This document shows positions 38,343 to 48,363 of a DNA stretch of 64,000 nt, piece after piece. The first letter of the stretch is position 1; each line of letters starts with the position of its first letter. The notes under the pieces were generated by a model. The model saw nothing but the letters and a program-made list of their open reading frames with translations, was not told the DNA's origin and did not search any database. The stretch is from an uncultured Oscillospiraceae bacterium. GTDB lineage: Bacteria; Bacillota; Clostridia; Christensenellales; CAG-138. The DNA is taken from contig CAYPKG010000009.1 of the NCBI GenBank assembly GCA_964411275.1, positions 1,730 through 65,729 of the forward strand, written 5' to 3'. The translations under genes and the position numbers were made by a program.

Positions 38343-39638
38343 TCAATATTCAGCCGAAGAAATCACAGGCAATTCGTCCCCACAGACTTTTGTCACATGG
38401 GAAAACGCCTTTTGCAGCTCTCCCTCCGCGTCCGCATACGCGGGCAGCACCTCGTGGAGGGTGCGCCCATCCATCCGGCTCTTTGTGCACAGCAACGGGA
38501 GATACCCCGCCTCAGATAGCGTCACTTGGTTGGTTTTCGGGTCTTTTTTCAGGGTTACCTCCACATACGCCCCGTAATCCTTGGGGGAGGGTGCCATGTT
38601 GGAGATGAAGTTGCCCATCGAATACGCAATCAAACCGGTGTATGTGCCTTGTGCCCGCTCTACCGTGAGATACTCGATGGGCTGCACCACATGGGGATGC
38701 GCGCCGAGTATGGCGTCCACCCCGTTTTCCAGCATCCATTTGGCCATCTTCCGGGTGGAGGAGGCGGGGGATTGTTGAAACTCCGTGTCCCAGTGGGGGA
38801 GAGCGATGACGAATTCCGCACCCGCTTCCCGGCAAACCGCGATGTCCTGTAGCATGGCTGCTTCGTCCCTCGTTCGGCCCACCAAAAACTCCCGCTGCTC
38901 TGCATTCATTTTCCCTTCATAGCCGTTGACGGAAAATGTCCAGCCGATAAACCCCACCCGGATGCCGTTCATTTCCGCGACGCAGGCATGGGTTTCCCGG
39001 TCCTCTTTGGAGCGATATGTGCCTGTCTGCAATAGCCCCGCCCCCCGCAGCACCTCAACCGTGCGCAGCGCCCCCTGCGCGCCCCGGTCCAGGCAATGGT
39101 TGTTGGCGGTGGTCAGCACCGTGAACCCGCTTTCCTTCATGGACCGGGCCAGGGCGTCCGGGGCATTGAACGTCTGCATTACCTTCTTCGGCAGGTTCCC
39201 AAGCTCGTCCGGGGTGGGTGCGGCGGGAGCGGGGCCGGAGTAGCCGCCGTTTTCCTTTCCCGCTAAGGGCGTTTCGAGATTGCCGCACAGTATGTCCGCC
39301 CGATGAAACACGGCCTGCATGGCGGCAAAGCTTGGGGTAAAATCGAAGTCATCCAATTCCCCGTTCCATGCCCCCTGTACCTGGGATTGCATCATCATGA
39401 TATCCCCGACGGCGCCGATCCTTACATACGCCGGGGTGGGCTCCGGTGTTGGGGAAGGTGTGGGGGTGGGCGCGGAAGTGGGCTCCGGGGTGGGGCTTGG
39501 GGTGGGCGCAAAGTCCATCACCCCAGGCTCCGGCGTGACCATATTGAAAAAAACCGGCGCGGAACCGCAGGCGGACAGCAAAAAAGCCGCCAGCGCTGAC
39601 GCTGCCAGTAAGCTCCCCTTACGTATTCCCAACAGCAA
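38343..39638 (-). CDS. CapA/PGA_cap family metallophosphatase-like lipoprotein
   Basis: Lipobox LLSACGS, Pro/Thr-rich linker, GAVGDIMM...NLETPL...TTANNHCLD...HWDTEF motifs. Start set to TTG (39638 or 39632) after AAGGGGGA, just beyond the prmC stop. Confidence 0.8.
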   Translation of the reverse strand: MLLGIRKGSLLAASALAAFLLSACGSAPVFFNMVTPEPGVMDFAPTPSPTPEPTSAPTPTPSPTPEPTPAYVRIGAVGDIMMMQSQVQGAWNGELDDFDFTPSFAAMQAVFHRADILCGNLETPLAGKENGGYSGPAPAAPTPDELGNLPKKVMQTFNAPDALARSMKESGFTVLTTANNHCLDRGAQGALRTVEVLRGAGLLQTGTYRSKEDRETHACVAEMNGIRVGFIGWTFSVNGYEGKMNAEQREFLVGRTRDEAAMLQDIAVCREAGAEFVIALPHWDTEFQQSPASSTRKMAKWMLENGVDAILGAHPHVVQPIEYLTVERAQGTYTGLIAYSMGNFISNMAPSPKDYGAYVEVTLKKDPKTNQVTLSEAGYLPLLCTKSRMDGRTLHEVLPAYADAEGELQKAFSHVTKVCGDELPVISSAEY

Positions 39639-39646
39639 TGTCCCCC

Positions 39647-40471
39647 TTATTCGCTCAGTTCCAGGCAAACCACCCTGGGTATGCCGCAAATATCATCGAT
39701 CACGCAGCCGCCGCCGAACAATGCGCACACCTCCTGCGCCTGGCCCGCGCCCACCTCCAGCAGCAGCGCGCCGCCGGGGTTGAGATGCTGCTTATACTCC
39801 TGTAATATCCGGCGGTACGCTTGCAATCCGTCCTGGCCGCCAAACAGCGCCAGCGCTGGCTCATACCGCACCTCCGGCTGGAGCGCCTCCATATCCTCCC
39901 CGCTCAAATAGGGCGGATTGCTTAAAATCAAATCAAACCGGCCCGTAACAGCCTCAAACCAGTCGCTTTGTATCGCCGTTATATCCCCATGGTTTCTGGC
40001 GGCGTTTTGCCGGGTTAGCGCGACGCAATCCGGGTCGATGTCGGCGGCTGTCACGGCGAGTCCTCCAAGAACCGCCATGCTGATGCCGATGCAGCCCGTC
40101 CCGCAGCACAGGTCGAGCGCCGTCCGGTAGCCGTGTTGCTTTGAAAGCTTCAGCGCGTGCTCGCATAGGGTTTCCGTGTCCTGCCTGGGTATGAGTGCCC
40201 AAGGCCTGGTTACAAACATCAGCCCCATAAACCCCCATTCTCCCAACAGGTACTGCACCGGCTCATGCTGAAGCCTTCGCTCCACCAGATCGTTCAAAAG
40301 CGCCTGCTGCATGAGGGACAGTGTTTCGTTCCGGTATGCGGGAAGGGCCGCAGGCTCACAGCCAAGCGCATGGGCAATCAGAAGCCGCGCCTGCTGCGCC
40401 GCCTCCTCCCGGGCCACCGTCTCCAGCGCCTTTGTAACCTCCCCCAGCGCCTGCCCGGCGGTAATATTCAT
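39647..40471 (-). CDS. prmC: Release-factor glutamine N5-methyltransferase
   Basis: SAM motif LDLCCGTGCIG and NPPY (LILSNPPYL). Confidence 0.93.
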   Translation of the reverse strand: MNITAGQALGEVTKALETVAREEAAQQARLLIAHALGCEPAALPAYRNETLSLMQQALLNDLVERRLQHEPVQYLLGEWGFMGLMFVTRPWALIPRQDTETLCEHALKLSKQHGYRTALDLCCGTGCIGISMAVLGGLAVTAADIDPDCVALTRQNAARNHGDITAIQSDWFEAVTGRFDLILSNPPYLSGEDMEALQPEVRYEPALALFGGQDGLQAYRRILQEYKQHLNPGGALLLEVGAGQAQEVCALFGGGCVIDDICGIPRVVCLELSE

Positions 40472-41487
40472 GCCTCCGCTTGTGCCGCGCCGGGGATCGG
40501 CTCCGGCGTTTCCTTATTGTCAGCTTCGGTTTCCTTCACGGCCGCCTGTTGCCCTTGCGGGCCGCGGGCGAGTTGAAACGCGGCGATGGCCACCTCCAGC
40601 ATGCCTTCGTCCGGCTCCTTGGTGGTGATCTTCTGCAGCGCCATGCCCGGCGCCCGGATAATCCGCGCGAGGAGGCTGTCCGAGCGCGCGCCAAAGCGCA
40701 GCGCCTCATAGGAAATCCCCGCCACCACCGGCAACAGCAGGATGCGGGTCAGCATCCTGAGCCAGAGATTGGCGTTCCAGCCAACGGCGGCAAAGAACAG
40801 GATGCTGATGCCCATGACGAGAAACAGATAGTTCGTGCCGCACCGCGGGTGCAGCCTGGGTTGCCCGGCGGCGTTTTCCGGGGTCAGGGGCAGGTCCGCC
40901 TCAAAGCAGGCGATTGTCTTATGCTCCGCGCCATGGTACATGAAAAGGCGGTTGATCTCCTTCATCCGTCCGATGGCGATGATGTATACGAGGAAAATAC
41001 AAAGCCTGACCAGGCCCTCCGTCAGGCTTTTCCAGATGCTGGCGGCGGAGGAGCCGCCAAGCAGCAGCCCGCTGATGAACGTGGGAAGCAGGAAAAACAT
41101 CCCCACAGCCATTAAGATTGCCAGCACAACCGCCACGGCAACCACGATCTTGTCCACGGATTTGCCTGTTTTTTCGGACAGCCACAGCTCGAACTTGCTG
41201 GGCTCCTCCAGGATGTCCTCGCCTGCAAGCTCCGCCGAGCGGGTGATTGTTTTCATGCCGACTGTCAGTGACTCCACAAACGACACCACGCCGCGCACGA
41301 TGGGCAGGCCCAGGAACGAGCCTTTTTTCACCTTTGATTTTTCGGGGGTGAATTCCGTAACGATGCTGCCGTCAGCCCGGCGCACCGCCATGGCCATACC
41401 CTCAGGGGATTTCATCATAACCCCTTCCATGACAGCCTGGCCGCCAATGTTGCATACCGTCCTTTTCCGGTCGGTAGATTTTTCCAT
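40468..41487 (-). CDS. DUF1385-family membrane protein (commonly found between rpmE and prmC in Clostridia)
   Basis: IGGQAVMEGVMM N-terminal motif, HGAEHK, several TM helices. AAGGAG RBS before the ATG at 41487. Confidence 0.8.
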   Translation of the reverse strand: MEKSTDRKRTVCNIGGQAVMEGVMMKSPEGMAMAVRRADGSIVTEFTPEKSKVKKGSFLGLPIVRGVVSFVESLTVGMKTITRSAELAGEDILEEPSKFELWLSEKTGKSVDKIVVAVAVVLAILMAVGMFFLLPTFISGLLLGGSSAASIWKSLTEGLVRLCIFLVYIIAIGRMKEINRLFMYHGAEHKTIACFEADLPLTPENAAGQPRLHPRCGTNYLFLVMGISILFFAAVGWNANLWLRMLTRILLLPVVAGISYEALRFGARSDSLLARIIRAPGMALQKITTKEPDEGMLEVAIAAFQLARGPQGQQAAVKETEADNKETPEPIPGAAQAEA

Positions 41488-41702
41488 GTTACGCTCCTTT
41501 TCCTGAAGGCCCGCCTTCAGGCATACGATGTCCATATGTCATTCTTTATCATTATAGCATATACCTGTTCCCAGGAAAGACAAACCTTTTGCAAACTCAA
41601 TGCTACAAAATATGGAACCTAAGAAGTATCATCCAAGCCCCGTATGCCGGCTGGATAGCTGGCCTGTGCTATTATTGCGGCCGCTACGCAGCAAAAATAA
41701 GG

Positions 41703-41731
41703 CAAAAGCCTCCCAACAAAAGCGGGAGGCT
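41703..41731 (-). terminator. Rho-independent terminator of rpmE
   Basis: AGCCTCCC/GGGAGGCT stem followed by TTTTG on the minus strand. Confidence 0.6.
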
Positions 41732-41750
41732 TAGGCTTGTCGTCTCACTA

Positions 41751-41948
41751 TTAGATTCCGTAGCGCTTTTTGAAGCGGTCCACGCGTCCGCCGCTATCGA
41801 CCAGCTTTTGACGGCCGGTGTAGAACGGATGGCATTTGGAGCAAATTTCCACTTTCAGCTCCTCCTTGACGGAACCGGTGGTGAATGTTTCACCGCAGGC
41901 GCAACGCACCAATGACTCGCCATATGCAGGCTGAATATCCTTCTTCAT
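41751..41948 (-). CDS. rpmE: 50S ribosomal protein L31 (Zn-ribbon type)
   Basis: MKKDIQP...CACGE...[13 protein letters not shown]; 65 aa. Confidence 0.97.
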   Translation of the reverse strand: MKKDIQPAYGESLVRCACGETFTTGSVKEELKVEICSKCHPFYTGRQKLVDSGGRVDRFKKRYGI

Positions 41949-42005
41949 AATGCTTTCTTCCTTTCTCGAAGATCCCTTCGGGGTTCTTCTAAGCTAACGG
42001 ATGTT

Positions 42006-42034
42006 ATTATATAACCCCGAACACCAAAACGCAA
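42006..42034 (-). promoter_or_regulatory. sigma-A-type promoter for rpmE
   Basis: Minus strand TTGCGT-17 nt-TATAAT. Confidence 0.45.
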
Positions 42035-42060
42035 GGCATTTTCTGCATTTCAGGTGCGGT

Positions 42061-42543
42061 TTATCCCATCGCCGCCTGAAACTCCTCCAATATCCGCCTG
42101 GCCGCGTCCTCCGGCTGAGCATCGTTGGGGATTTCTATATGGCAAACCTCCTGATAGTACGGCAGCCTTTCCCGGTACAGCTTGGGGATATCCATAGACA
42201 GCGGCCGCCCGGCGGCTGACAGGTTTTCTATGTCCCGGGTGAGAAAATACACCCGGCCGCAAGCGCGAATGGTGTCGCGGTTTTCTTGAAGCAGCACGGC
42301 GCCGCCACCGGTTGCCAGCACGATGTTGTTTTGGGCCGCCGCAATTTTTAGCGCCTCGCGCTCCAGCGAGCGAAAACCCGGCACCCCCAACGACTCTATG
42401 AGTGCGGGGATGTCCGCACCGGCCCGCTCTTCGATGAGATCGTCCAGGTCCACAAAAACCCGGCCGGACAGCTGCCCCACAAGAGCGCCAACCGTGGTTT
42501 TCCCGGCCCCCGGCATGCCCACCAGCACCAGATTGCTGCCCAT
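42061..42543 (-). CDS. aroK: Shikimate kinase
   Basis: LVLVGMPGAGKTTVG P-loop. GGAGGTG RBS before the ATG at 42543. Confidence 0.9.
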   Translation of the reverse strand: MGSNLVLVGMPGAGKTTVGALVGQLSGRVFVDLDDLIEERAGADIPALIESLGVPGFRSLEREALKIAAAQNNIVLATGGGAVLLQENRDTIRACGRVYFLTRDIENLSAAGRPLSMDIPKLYRERLPYYQEVCHIEIPNDAQPEDAARRILEEFQAAMG

Positions 42544-42548
42544 ACGGC

Positions 42549-43694
42549 TTACACCTCCTGATAACAGCCCAAAAGGGCAAACCGCCGATCCGTTTCTTTT
42601 AACTCGCACAACAGCTGCCGCACATCCGGGTTCCAGACGGAGGCCGTAAGGTCCACATAAAAGAGGAAATCAAAGTCGCTGCCCGGTATGGGGCGGCTTT
42701 CAATTTTTGTGAGGTTCAGCCCCAGCACCGCGAACCTGGCGATCAACCGGTACAACTCCCCTGGGGTATGCCCCACCGAAAGCAGAAGGCTAATCCGGTC
42801 CGCGCCGGGGTATATGGCAAGTTCCTTTGCGATGCAGATAAAACGGGTGAAGTTGTTGGCGTTGTTCTGCACATGGTCGTCCAGCACACAAAGTCCGTAC
42901 AGTGCCGCGCATTCGGGGGAGCTGATACAGGCCACATCCGTCCTATCGCTATTCGCCACCATGTCTGCGGCGATAGCGGTGTTTTCGCACACCACAGGCT
43001 TGATATTTCCACGGGTTTCGAAATAAAGGGAGCATTGGCTGATGGCCTGATGGTGGGAATACACCTCCCTGATATCCGAAAGCTTTGTACCGGGCTTCGC
43101 CATCAGCTGATGGTGCACATGCAGCCTTACGCTTCGCACGATATGAAACCGGTTGCGGCTCATGAGGTCGTATACGCCGGTCACGCTCCCGGCGGAGCTG
43201 TTTTCGATGGGCAGCACGCCGTACTCGCAAAGGCCGCTTTGCACCGCCTGAAACACGCCGTCGAACGTGCGGAAGTACATGATATTCGGGGCAGAAAACA
43301 GTTTATCGCAGGCGTGCTGGGAATACGCGCCCTCCACGCCCTGGCAGGCCACGATGCCTTTCGCGGGAAACAACGTGCCTTCGGGCAGCGCAGCCGCCTC
43401 GAGATCCCGCCGAAGCTCCCCGTCTTGGCCCTGGCCCATTAGCCGCGCCTGATACGAGCGGCTTAAGTCAAACAGCACGTTGTATATCAGCCGCGCGACG
43501 CTTTCCATCTCCGGCCCGGCCTGTTGCGACACCCGGTAGAGTATCTCCCGCTCTCTTCCCGGGTTTAATATGGGCAGTTGATGCGCCGCCTTGTATTGCG
43601 CCACTTGCGCGCTTAACGCCATGCGCTCCTGAATGAGATTTACCATCTCTTCGTCTACGCCGTCGATCCGGGCCCGAATATCCGTCAAATCCAT
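42549..43694 (-). CDS. pheA: Bifunctional chorismate mutase / prephenate dehydratase (P-protein)
   Basis: N-terminal CM helix (LTDIRARIDGVDEEMVNLIQERM), PDT core (TRF, ESRP in LTKIESRPIPG) and ACT tail. Confidence 0.9.
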   Translation of the reverse strand: MDLTDIRARIDGVDEEMVNLIQERMALSAQVAQYKAAHQLPILNPGREREILYRVSQQAGPEMESVARLIYNVLFDLSRSYQARLMGQGQDGELRRDLEAAALPEGTLFPAKGIVACQGVEGAYSQHACDKLFSAPNIMYFRTFDGVFQAVQSGLCEYGVLPIENSSAGSVTGVYDLMSRNRFHIVRSVRLHVHHQLMAKPGTKLSDIREVYSHHQAISQCSLYFETRGNIKPVVCENTAIAADMVANSDRTDVACISSPECAALYGLCVLDDHVQNNANNFTRFICIAKELAIYPGADRISLLLSVGHTPGELYRLIARFAVLGLNLTKIESRPIPGSDFDFLFYVDLTASVWNPDVRQLLCELKETDRRFALLGCYQEV

Positions 43695-43714
43695 TTTCTT
43701 TCCCTCGTTCTCTG

Positions 43715-44800
43715 TCAATTATTTGTTTCCATCATCAAATCCAGCAGCACGGCGGCCATCACCGCCTCCACCACCGGTACCGCCCGGGGTACGATACAGG
43801 GATCGTGCCGCCCTGACACCGTAATTTTGGCGTTCCGGCGCTTGTCAATGTCCACGGTGTCCTGCTCTATGCCGATGGATGGCGTGGGTTTTATCGCGGC
43901 GCGAACGAGAATGGGCATCCCCGTGGTAATCCCGCCCAAATTCCCGCCGTGGTGGTTTGTCCGGGTCTTCACTGCAGTACCTTCTATATAATAGGGGTCG
44001 TTGTTTTGGCTGCCCTTTTTGTGCGCCGCACGGAACCCCGCGCCGAACTCCACCCCTACAACCGCCGGAATTCCAAACAGCGCCTGGGCCAATCGGTTTT
44101 CCATGCCGCCGAACATGGGGTTGCCCACCCCGGGCGGCATGCCGATGGCGCAGCATTCCACAATCCCCCCCAAGCTGTCCCCCGCCTGTTTCGCCCCGGC
44201 GATGGCCGCCTGCATTTGCTCTGCGGCATAGCTGTCGTTCACCGGGAACGGGCGGGATTGTACCGCAAGAAATGTCTGGAGGCTTATTTCAACCGGATCG
44301 AAGGGTACGTCCAATATACCGCCGATGTCCGCTATATGCGCGCCCACAGCCACGCCCCGCCGCTCCAGTATTTGCATGGCGATGCCCCCCGCCACGCACA
44401 GCGGCGCCGTCAGCCGGCCGGAAAAATGCCCGCCGCCCCGGGGGTCTTCGTGTCCTTGATAGCGGACGTGGCCCGTATAATCCCCATGCCCCGGCCTTGG
44501 AATATTGATAATTTGTTCGTAATCCCCGCTTCTCGCATCCGTGTTGCGAATGATGGCGCAAAGGGGCGCGCCTGTGGTCTTGCCTTTATAAAACCCGGAC
44601 AATATCTCCGGCGTGTCCGCCTCCTGCCGCCTGGTGCTGTGTTCGCTGCGCCCCGGCGCGCGGCGGCTTAAAAAATCCTGTAGCCGGCCCATGTTCAGCG
44701 GCTCTCCGGCAGGCAGGCCGTCGATAACGATGCCGATGGCCGGGCCATGGCTTTCACCAAAGACCGTGTATCGGACGCGTTCTCCAAAGCTAGATGACAT
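43715..44800 (-). CDS. aroC: Chorismate synthase
   Basis: FGESHGPAIG, RPGHGDYTG. GGGAGGA RBS before the ATG at 44800. Confidence 0.95.
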   Translation of the reverse strand: MSSSFGERVRYTVFGESHGPAIGIVIDGLPAGEPLNMGRLQDFLSRRAPGRSEHSTRRQEADTPEILSGFYKGKTTGAPLCAIIRNTDARSGDYEQIINIPRPGHGDYTGHVRYQGHEDPRGGGHFSGRLTAPLCVAGGIAMQILERRGVAVGAHIADIGGILDVPFDPVEISLQTFLAVQSRPFPVNDSYAAEQMQAAIAGAKQAGDSLGGIVECCAIGMPPGVGNPMFGGMENRLAQALFGIPAVVGVEFGAGFRAAHKKGSQNNDPYYIEGTAVKTRTNHHGGNLGGITTGMPILVRAAIKPTPSIGIEQDTVDIDKRRNAKITVSGRHDPCIVPRAVPVVEAVMAAVLLDLMMETNN

Positions 44801-46052
44801 GCGCTGATCCTCCCAATCGTACAAAATCTTCAAAAAAACCGGGATAGGACTTGTTTACCGCCTGTGCGCCGCTGATGAGCGTCTCCCCAGCCTGTGCAGC
44901 CGTGGCGAGAATTGCCGCCGCCATCACGATCCGGTGATCCGAAAACCCATCCACCGGCCCGCCCGTTTCTAGGCCGCCGCCCCGGATGATGATCTCGTCC
45001 GGCCCTGTGAAAGCGCGCACCCCAAAGCCCTGCATGAGGTGCAAAATGGCGGCTACCCGGTCGCTTTCCTTGTCCCGCAGGCGGGAGACGCGCCGAAAGA
45101 CGGTTTCCCCCCCGCCGGTCGCCGCCGCTGCCACCGCGAGAATGGGAGCGAGGTCCGGCACGTCCTCCAAGTCAATCTCCGCCCCGCGGCCCCCTTCTCC
45201 AGCGGACACCCGTACCCCGTCGGGTAGTACGGTGACGTCCGCGCCAAAGCGAAGCAATAGCTCCACGATTTGCTTGTCCCGCTGGAGAGAGCCCAAGGAA
45301 AGCCCCATTACCGTCACCGGCCCGCTCAGCGCCCCTGCCGTGAGAAAAAACGCCGCGCTGGACCAGTCCCCTTCCACCTGAACCGTGCCCGGGCTACGAT
45401 ACCGCTTTCCCCCAGGCACCAGAAATCCATCCTCACGGCGAACGACCCCCACGCCGAATTGCGCCATGGCCGCAATGGTCATGTCCACATACCCGGCGGA
45501 TACCAGGGGGCCCGTTATCCTTATTTCCCCGCCGCCCACAAGAGGCAGGGCCAGCAGCAGCCCGGAAACATACTGGGAGCTGATGTTGCCCGGCAGGGAA
45601 AACACGCCGCCCTTCAATTGCCCCTTTGTGGTAAACGGCAACGCCGGACGGTCGGCTGCTACGCCGTGGGCCGCTATGGCCTCCTGCAACTCGGCGATCG
45701 GCCGCTCCGGCAGCCTGCCCTTGCCGTGAAATTTCACAGACGGGCAAAGGGCCGCCGCCACCGGCAGCAGCAGCCGAAGCGTCGTGCCGCTTTCCCCGCA
45801 TTCTAAAAGCGGATGCGCCGCCGGGGTTTTGATGGGATGGACCGTCACCCCGTCATGGGCCTTGCTGACCTGTGCCCCCAACCGCGTCAAGCAGGACAGC
45901 GTCGCCGCAACATCCTCTCCCGGCGCATCCATACGCACCCGGACGGGCGCGTCACAAAGCGCCGCCAGGACGAGCAGCCGGTGGGCATGGGATTTGGAGG
46001 ATATGGCTCTGATGGTACCGGATAGCGCCCCTGGCCTGATCATCATTTTCAT
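44790..46052 (-). CDS. aroA: 3-phosphoshikimate 1-carboxyvinyltransferase (EPSP synthase)
   Basis: 420 aa; SKSHAHRLLVLAAL, LECGESGTTLRLL. Confidence 0.93.
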   Translation of the reverse strand: MKMMIRPGALSGTIRAISSKSHAHRLLVLAALCDAPVRVRMDAPGEDVAATLSCLTRLGAQVSKAHDGVTVHPIKTPAAHPLLECGESGTTLRLLLPVAAALCPSVKFHGKGRLPERPIAELQEAIAAHGVAADRPALPFTTKGQLKGGVFSLPGNISSQYVSGLLLALPLVGGGEIRITGPLVSAGYVDMTIAAMAQFGVGVVRREDGFLVPGGKRYRSPGTVQVEGDWSSAAFFLTAGALSGPVTVMGLSLGSLQRDKQIVELLLRFGADVTVLPDGVRVSAGEGGRGAEIDLEDVPDLAPILAVAAAATGGGETVFRRVSRLRDKESDRVAAILHLMQGFGVRAFTGPDEIIIRGGGLETGGPVDGFSDHRIVMAAAILATAAQAGETLISGAQAVNKSYPGFFEDFVRLGGSAHVI

Positions 46053-46061
46053 ACTTATTCC

Positions 46062-47135
46062 TCAAGTGGTTTCCCCCGCAAGCCGGAAGAATGCGGGAAG
46101 TTCGCTGAGCGGATAGCGCACGAGCTCTACATGGCCAATCTTCCTGGGGAGGATCAATATGATCGTATCCCCGTCCCTTTTTTTGTCTGATAAGGCCGCC
46201 TCGCATAAAGTTTTAGGCAAATAAGGCAATTGCGCCGGAAGGCCGCAAGCCCGCACCGCCTCCACGATATTGTCCCTGACATCGGCTTGGCAATACCCCA
46301 TTTGCTTGGCCGCACGGGCCGCCCCCGCCATGCCGATGGCAACCGCATGCCCGTGGGAAACCGCGTATCCCGTGTGCCGCTCCACCGCGTGGGCGATTGT
46401 ATGCCCAAAGTTCAGCAAATGCCGTTCGCCTTTTTCCAGGGGATCGGCTTCCACGATCCGGGCCTTGATCGCCACGCATCGTGCCACGGTTCTCGTAATC
46501 TCCCGGCGATAGCTTCCATTTCGAAAGGCTTCGAACAGCTCCAAATCGCCTAAAATCCCCGCCTTCATGCCCTCCGCCACCCCATCGAGAAATATTTGCT
46601 CCGGCAGGGTAGCGAATGTTTCGCAATCGCAGATCACCAGGGATGGCTGATGAAAACTGCCCGCGAGGTTTTTGCCCATGGGCAGATCCACGGCGGTTTT
46701 GCCGCCCACAGAGCTATCCACCGCCGCAAGAAATGTGGTGGGCATCTGGACATAGGGCAAGCCGCGCATGTAAACGCTTGCCGCAAATCCCGCAATGTCC
46801 CCGGTCACTCCGCCTCCCAGCGCCAGGACGCAATCGCCCCTCGTCAGCCCCGCCTGTGCCATTTCCTGAAGCAGCCCGGAAAGCGTGTCCATTGTCTTAT
46901 GGTTTTCCCCAGGGGGGAATTGTATCCGGGCCACCTGATATCCGGCCCCCGCAAGCGCCTTCGCCACCCGATGGCCGTACAGGGCGTTTACCGTGCTGTC
47001 GCTGATCAGGGCAATCTTGTGGGCTGAAATCCCCGCCTGCCCCATTAAAGTCCCGGCTGTATCCAGTATGCCGTGGCCAATATGTACCGAATACGGTACA
47101 TGGGTTTTCACCTGAACGGTTTGCATAAATCTCAT
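46062..47135 (-). CDS. aroB: 3-dehydroquinate synthase
   Basis: GGGVTGDIAGFAA, LNFGHTIAHAVE. Confidence 0.93.
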   Translation of the reverse strand: MRFMQTVQVKTHVPYSVHIGHGILDTAGTLMGQAGISAHKIALISDSTVNALYGHRVAKALAGAGYQVARIQFPPGENHKTMDTLSGLLQEMAQAGLTRGDCVLALGGGVTGDIAGFAASVYMRGLPYVQMPTTFLAAVDSSVGGKTAVDLPMGKNLAGSFHQPSLVICDCETFATLPEQIFLDGVAEGMKAGILGDLELFEAFRNGSYRREITRTVARCVAIKARIVEADPLEKGERHLLNFGHTIAHAVERHTGYAVSHGHAVAIGMAGAARAAKQMGYCQADVRDNIVEAVRACGLPAQLPYLPKTLCEAALSDKKRDGDTIILILPRKIGHVELVRYPLSELPAFFRLAGETT

Positions 47136-48139
47136 TCTCCTTTTACTGCGGCCCTGACCCGTTGTACGCCCTCAACCAATTTTTGATAGGCGCCGGGCTT
47201 TAAGGACTGCGGGCCGTCGCACAGTGCGTGGCTGGGGTCGTTGTGCACCTCCACGATCAGCCCGTCCGCCCCTGCGGCTGCCGCGGCGTATGCCATGGGC
47301 TCTACCATCTGCCATCGCCCCGTGGCGTGGCTTGGATCCACGATCACCGGCAGATGGGAAAGAAAATGCAGCGCCGGAATGGCGGAAAGGTCCAATGTAT
47401 TTCTCGTGTAATGCTCAAATGTGCGGATGCCCCTCTCGCACAGAATAACCTGATAGTTGCCGCCGGCCATGATGTATTCCGCGCTCATCAGCAGCTCTTC
47501 CAGGGTGCTTGACAAACCCCGCTTGAGCAGGATTGGCTTTCGTTGCTTGCCAAGCTCCTTTAGCAGCTCAAAATTCTGCATGTTGCGCGCGCCTATCTGG
47601 ATCATGTCCACCTCGTCAAAATACTTCAGCTGTGAAAGGTCCATGATTTCCGTCACGATGGGCAGCCCCGTCTCTTTCTTTGCCAAAAGAAGCAGGCGGA
47701 TGCCCTCCTCATGCAGGCCCTGAAACGCGTATGGGGATGTCCGGGGCTTAAACGCGCCGCCGCGCAATATGTCAGCCCCCGCCGCTTTGACCGACCGGGC
47801 GACGTTTACGATCTGCGCCTCCCCTTCCACAGAGCAGGGGCCGGCGATCATCATAAAATGCGTTCCGCCGGTTTTCGCCTCTCCCACCTGGACGATTGTG
47901 TCCTCCGGGTGGAATTTCCGGTTGGCGTTTTTATACGGTTCCTGGATGCGCTTGACGTCCTCCACAATTTCCATGGCCCGAATAAGGTCCATATCAACAG
48001 AGGCCGTGTCTCCAGTCAGCCCCAGCATCAGCTGGTGCGCGCCCTTTGACACCTGTACGGTCAGCCCCCGGGCGGCAAGCCAGTTGATGAGGGGATCCAA
48101 CTGCTCCTGCGCTACATTTTGCTTAACGATTACGATCAT
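47132..48139 (-). CDS. aroF: 3-deoxy-7-phosphoheptulonate (DAHP) synthase, type I-beta with N-terminal regulatory-like domain
   Basis: GPCSVE, KPRTSPYAFQGL, DPSHATG. Confidence 0.92.
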   Translation of the reverse strand: MIVIVKQNVAQEQLDPLINWLAARGLTVQVSKGAHQLMLGLTGDTASVDMDLIRAMEIVEDVKRIQEPYKNANRKFHPEDTIVQVGEAKTGGTHFMMIAGPCSVEGEAQIVNVARSVKAAGADILRGGAFKPRTSPYAFQGLHEEGIRLLLLAKKETGLPIVTEIMDLSQLKYFDEVDMIQIGARNMQNFELLKELGKQRKPILLKRGLSSTLEELLMSAEYIMAGGNYQVILCERGIRTFEHYTRNTLDLSAIPALHFLSHLPVIVDPSHATGRWQMVEPMAYAAAAAGADGLIVEVHNDPSHALCDGPQSLKPGAYQKLVEGVQRVRAAVKGE

Positions 48140-48173
48140 GGTCTTTCTCCGCCTTTTCTCTTGTCATTCACCT

Positions 48174-48207
48174 GAAAAAAATACCCCGCAGCGGGTTTGC
48201 TGCGGGG
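48174..48207 (-). terminator. Intrinsic terminator inside the aro operon 5' leader (candidate attenuator)
   Basis: Minus strand CCCCGCAGC-AAACCC-GCTGCGGGG followed by TATTTTTTT, ending about 35 nt before the DAHP synthase ATG. Confidence 0.7.
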
Positions 48208-48363
48208 TATGATTTGCGTCGGCTGTGCTGTTAAGCATGAAAGCGCGCGCATCTCCCAGGCAAACCCGAAAAACCCTTGCTAAAGATAAAAGCAAAGGTA
48301 AAAAACAGGTTGGCTGAAAAATTCCGTATGTTCATGCGCACCTCTCAAATCATTTCTTCGGCC

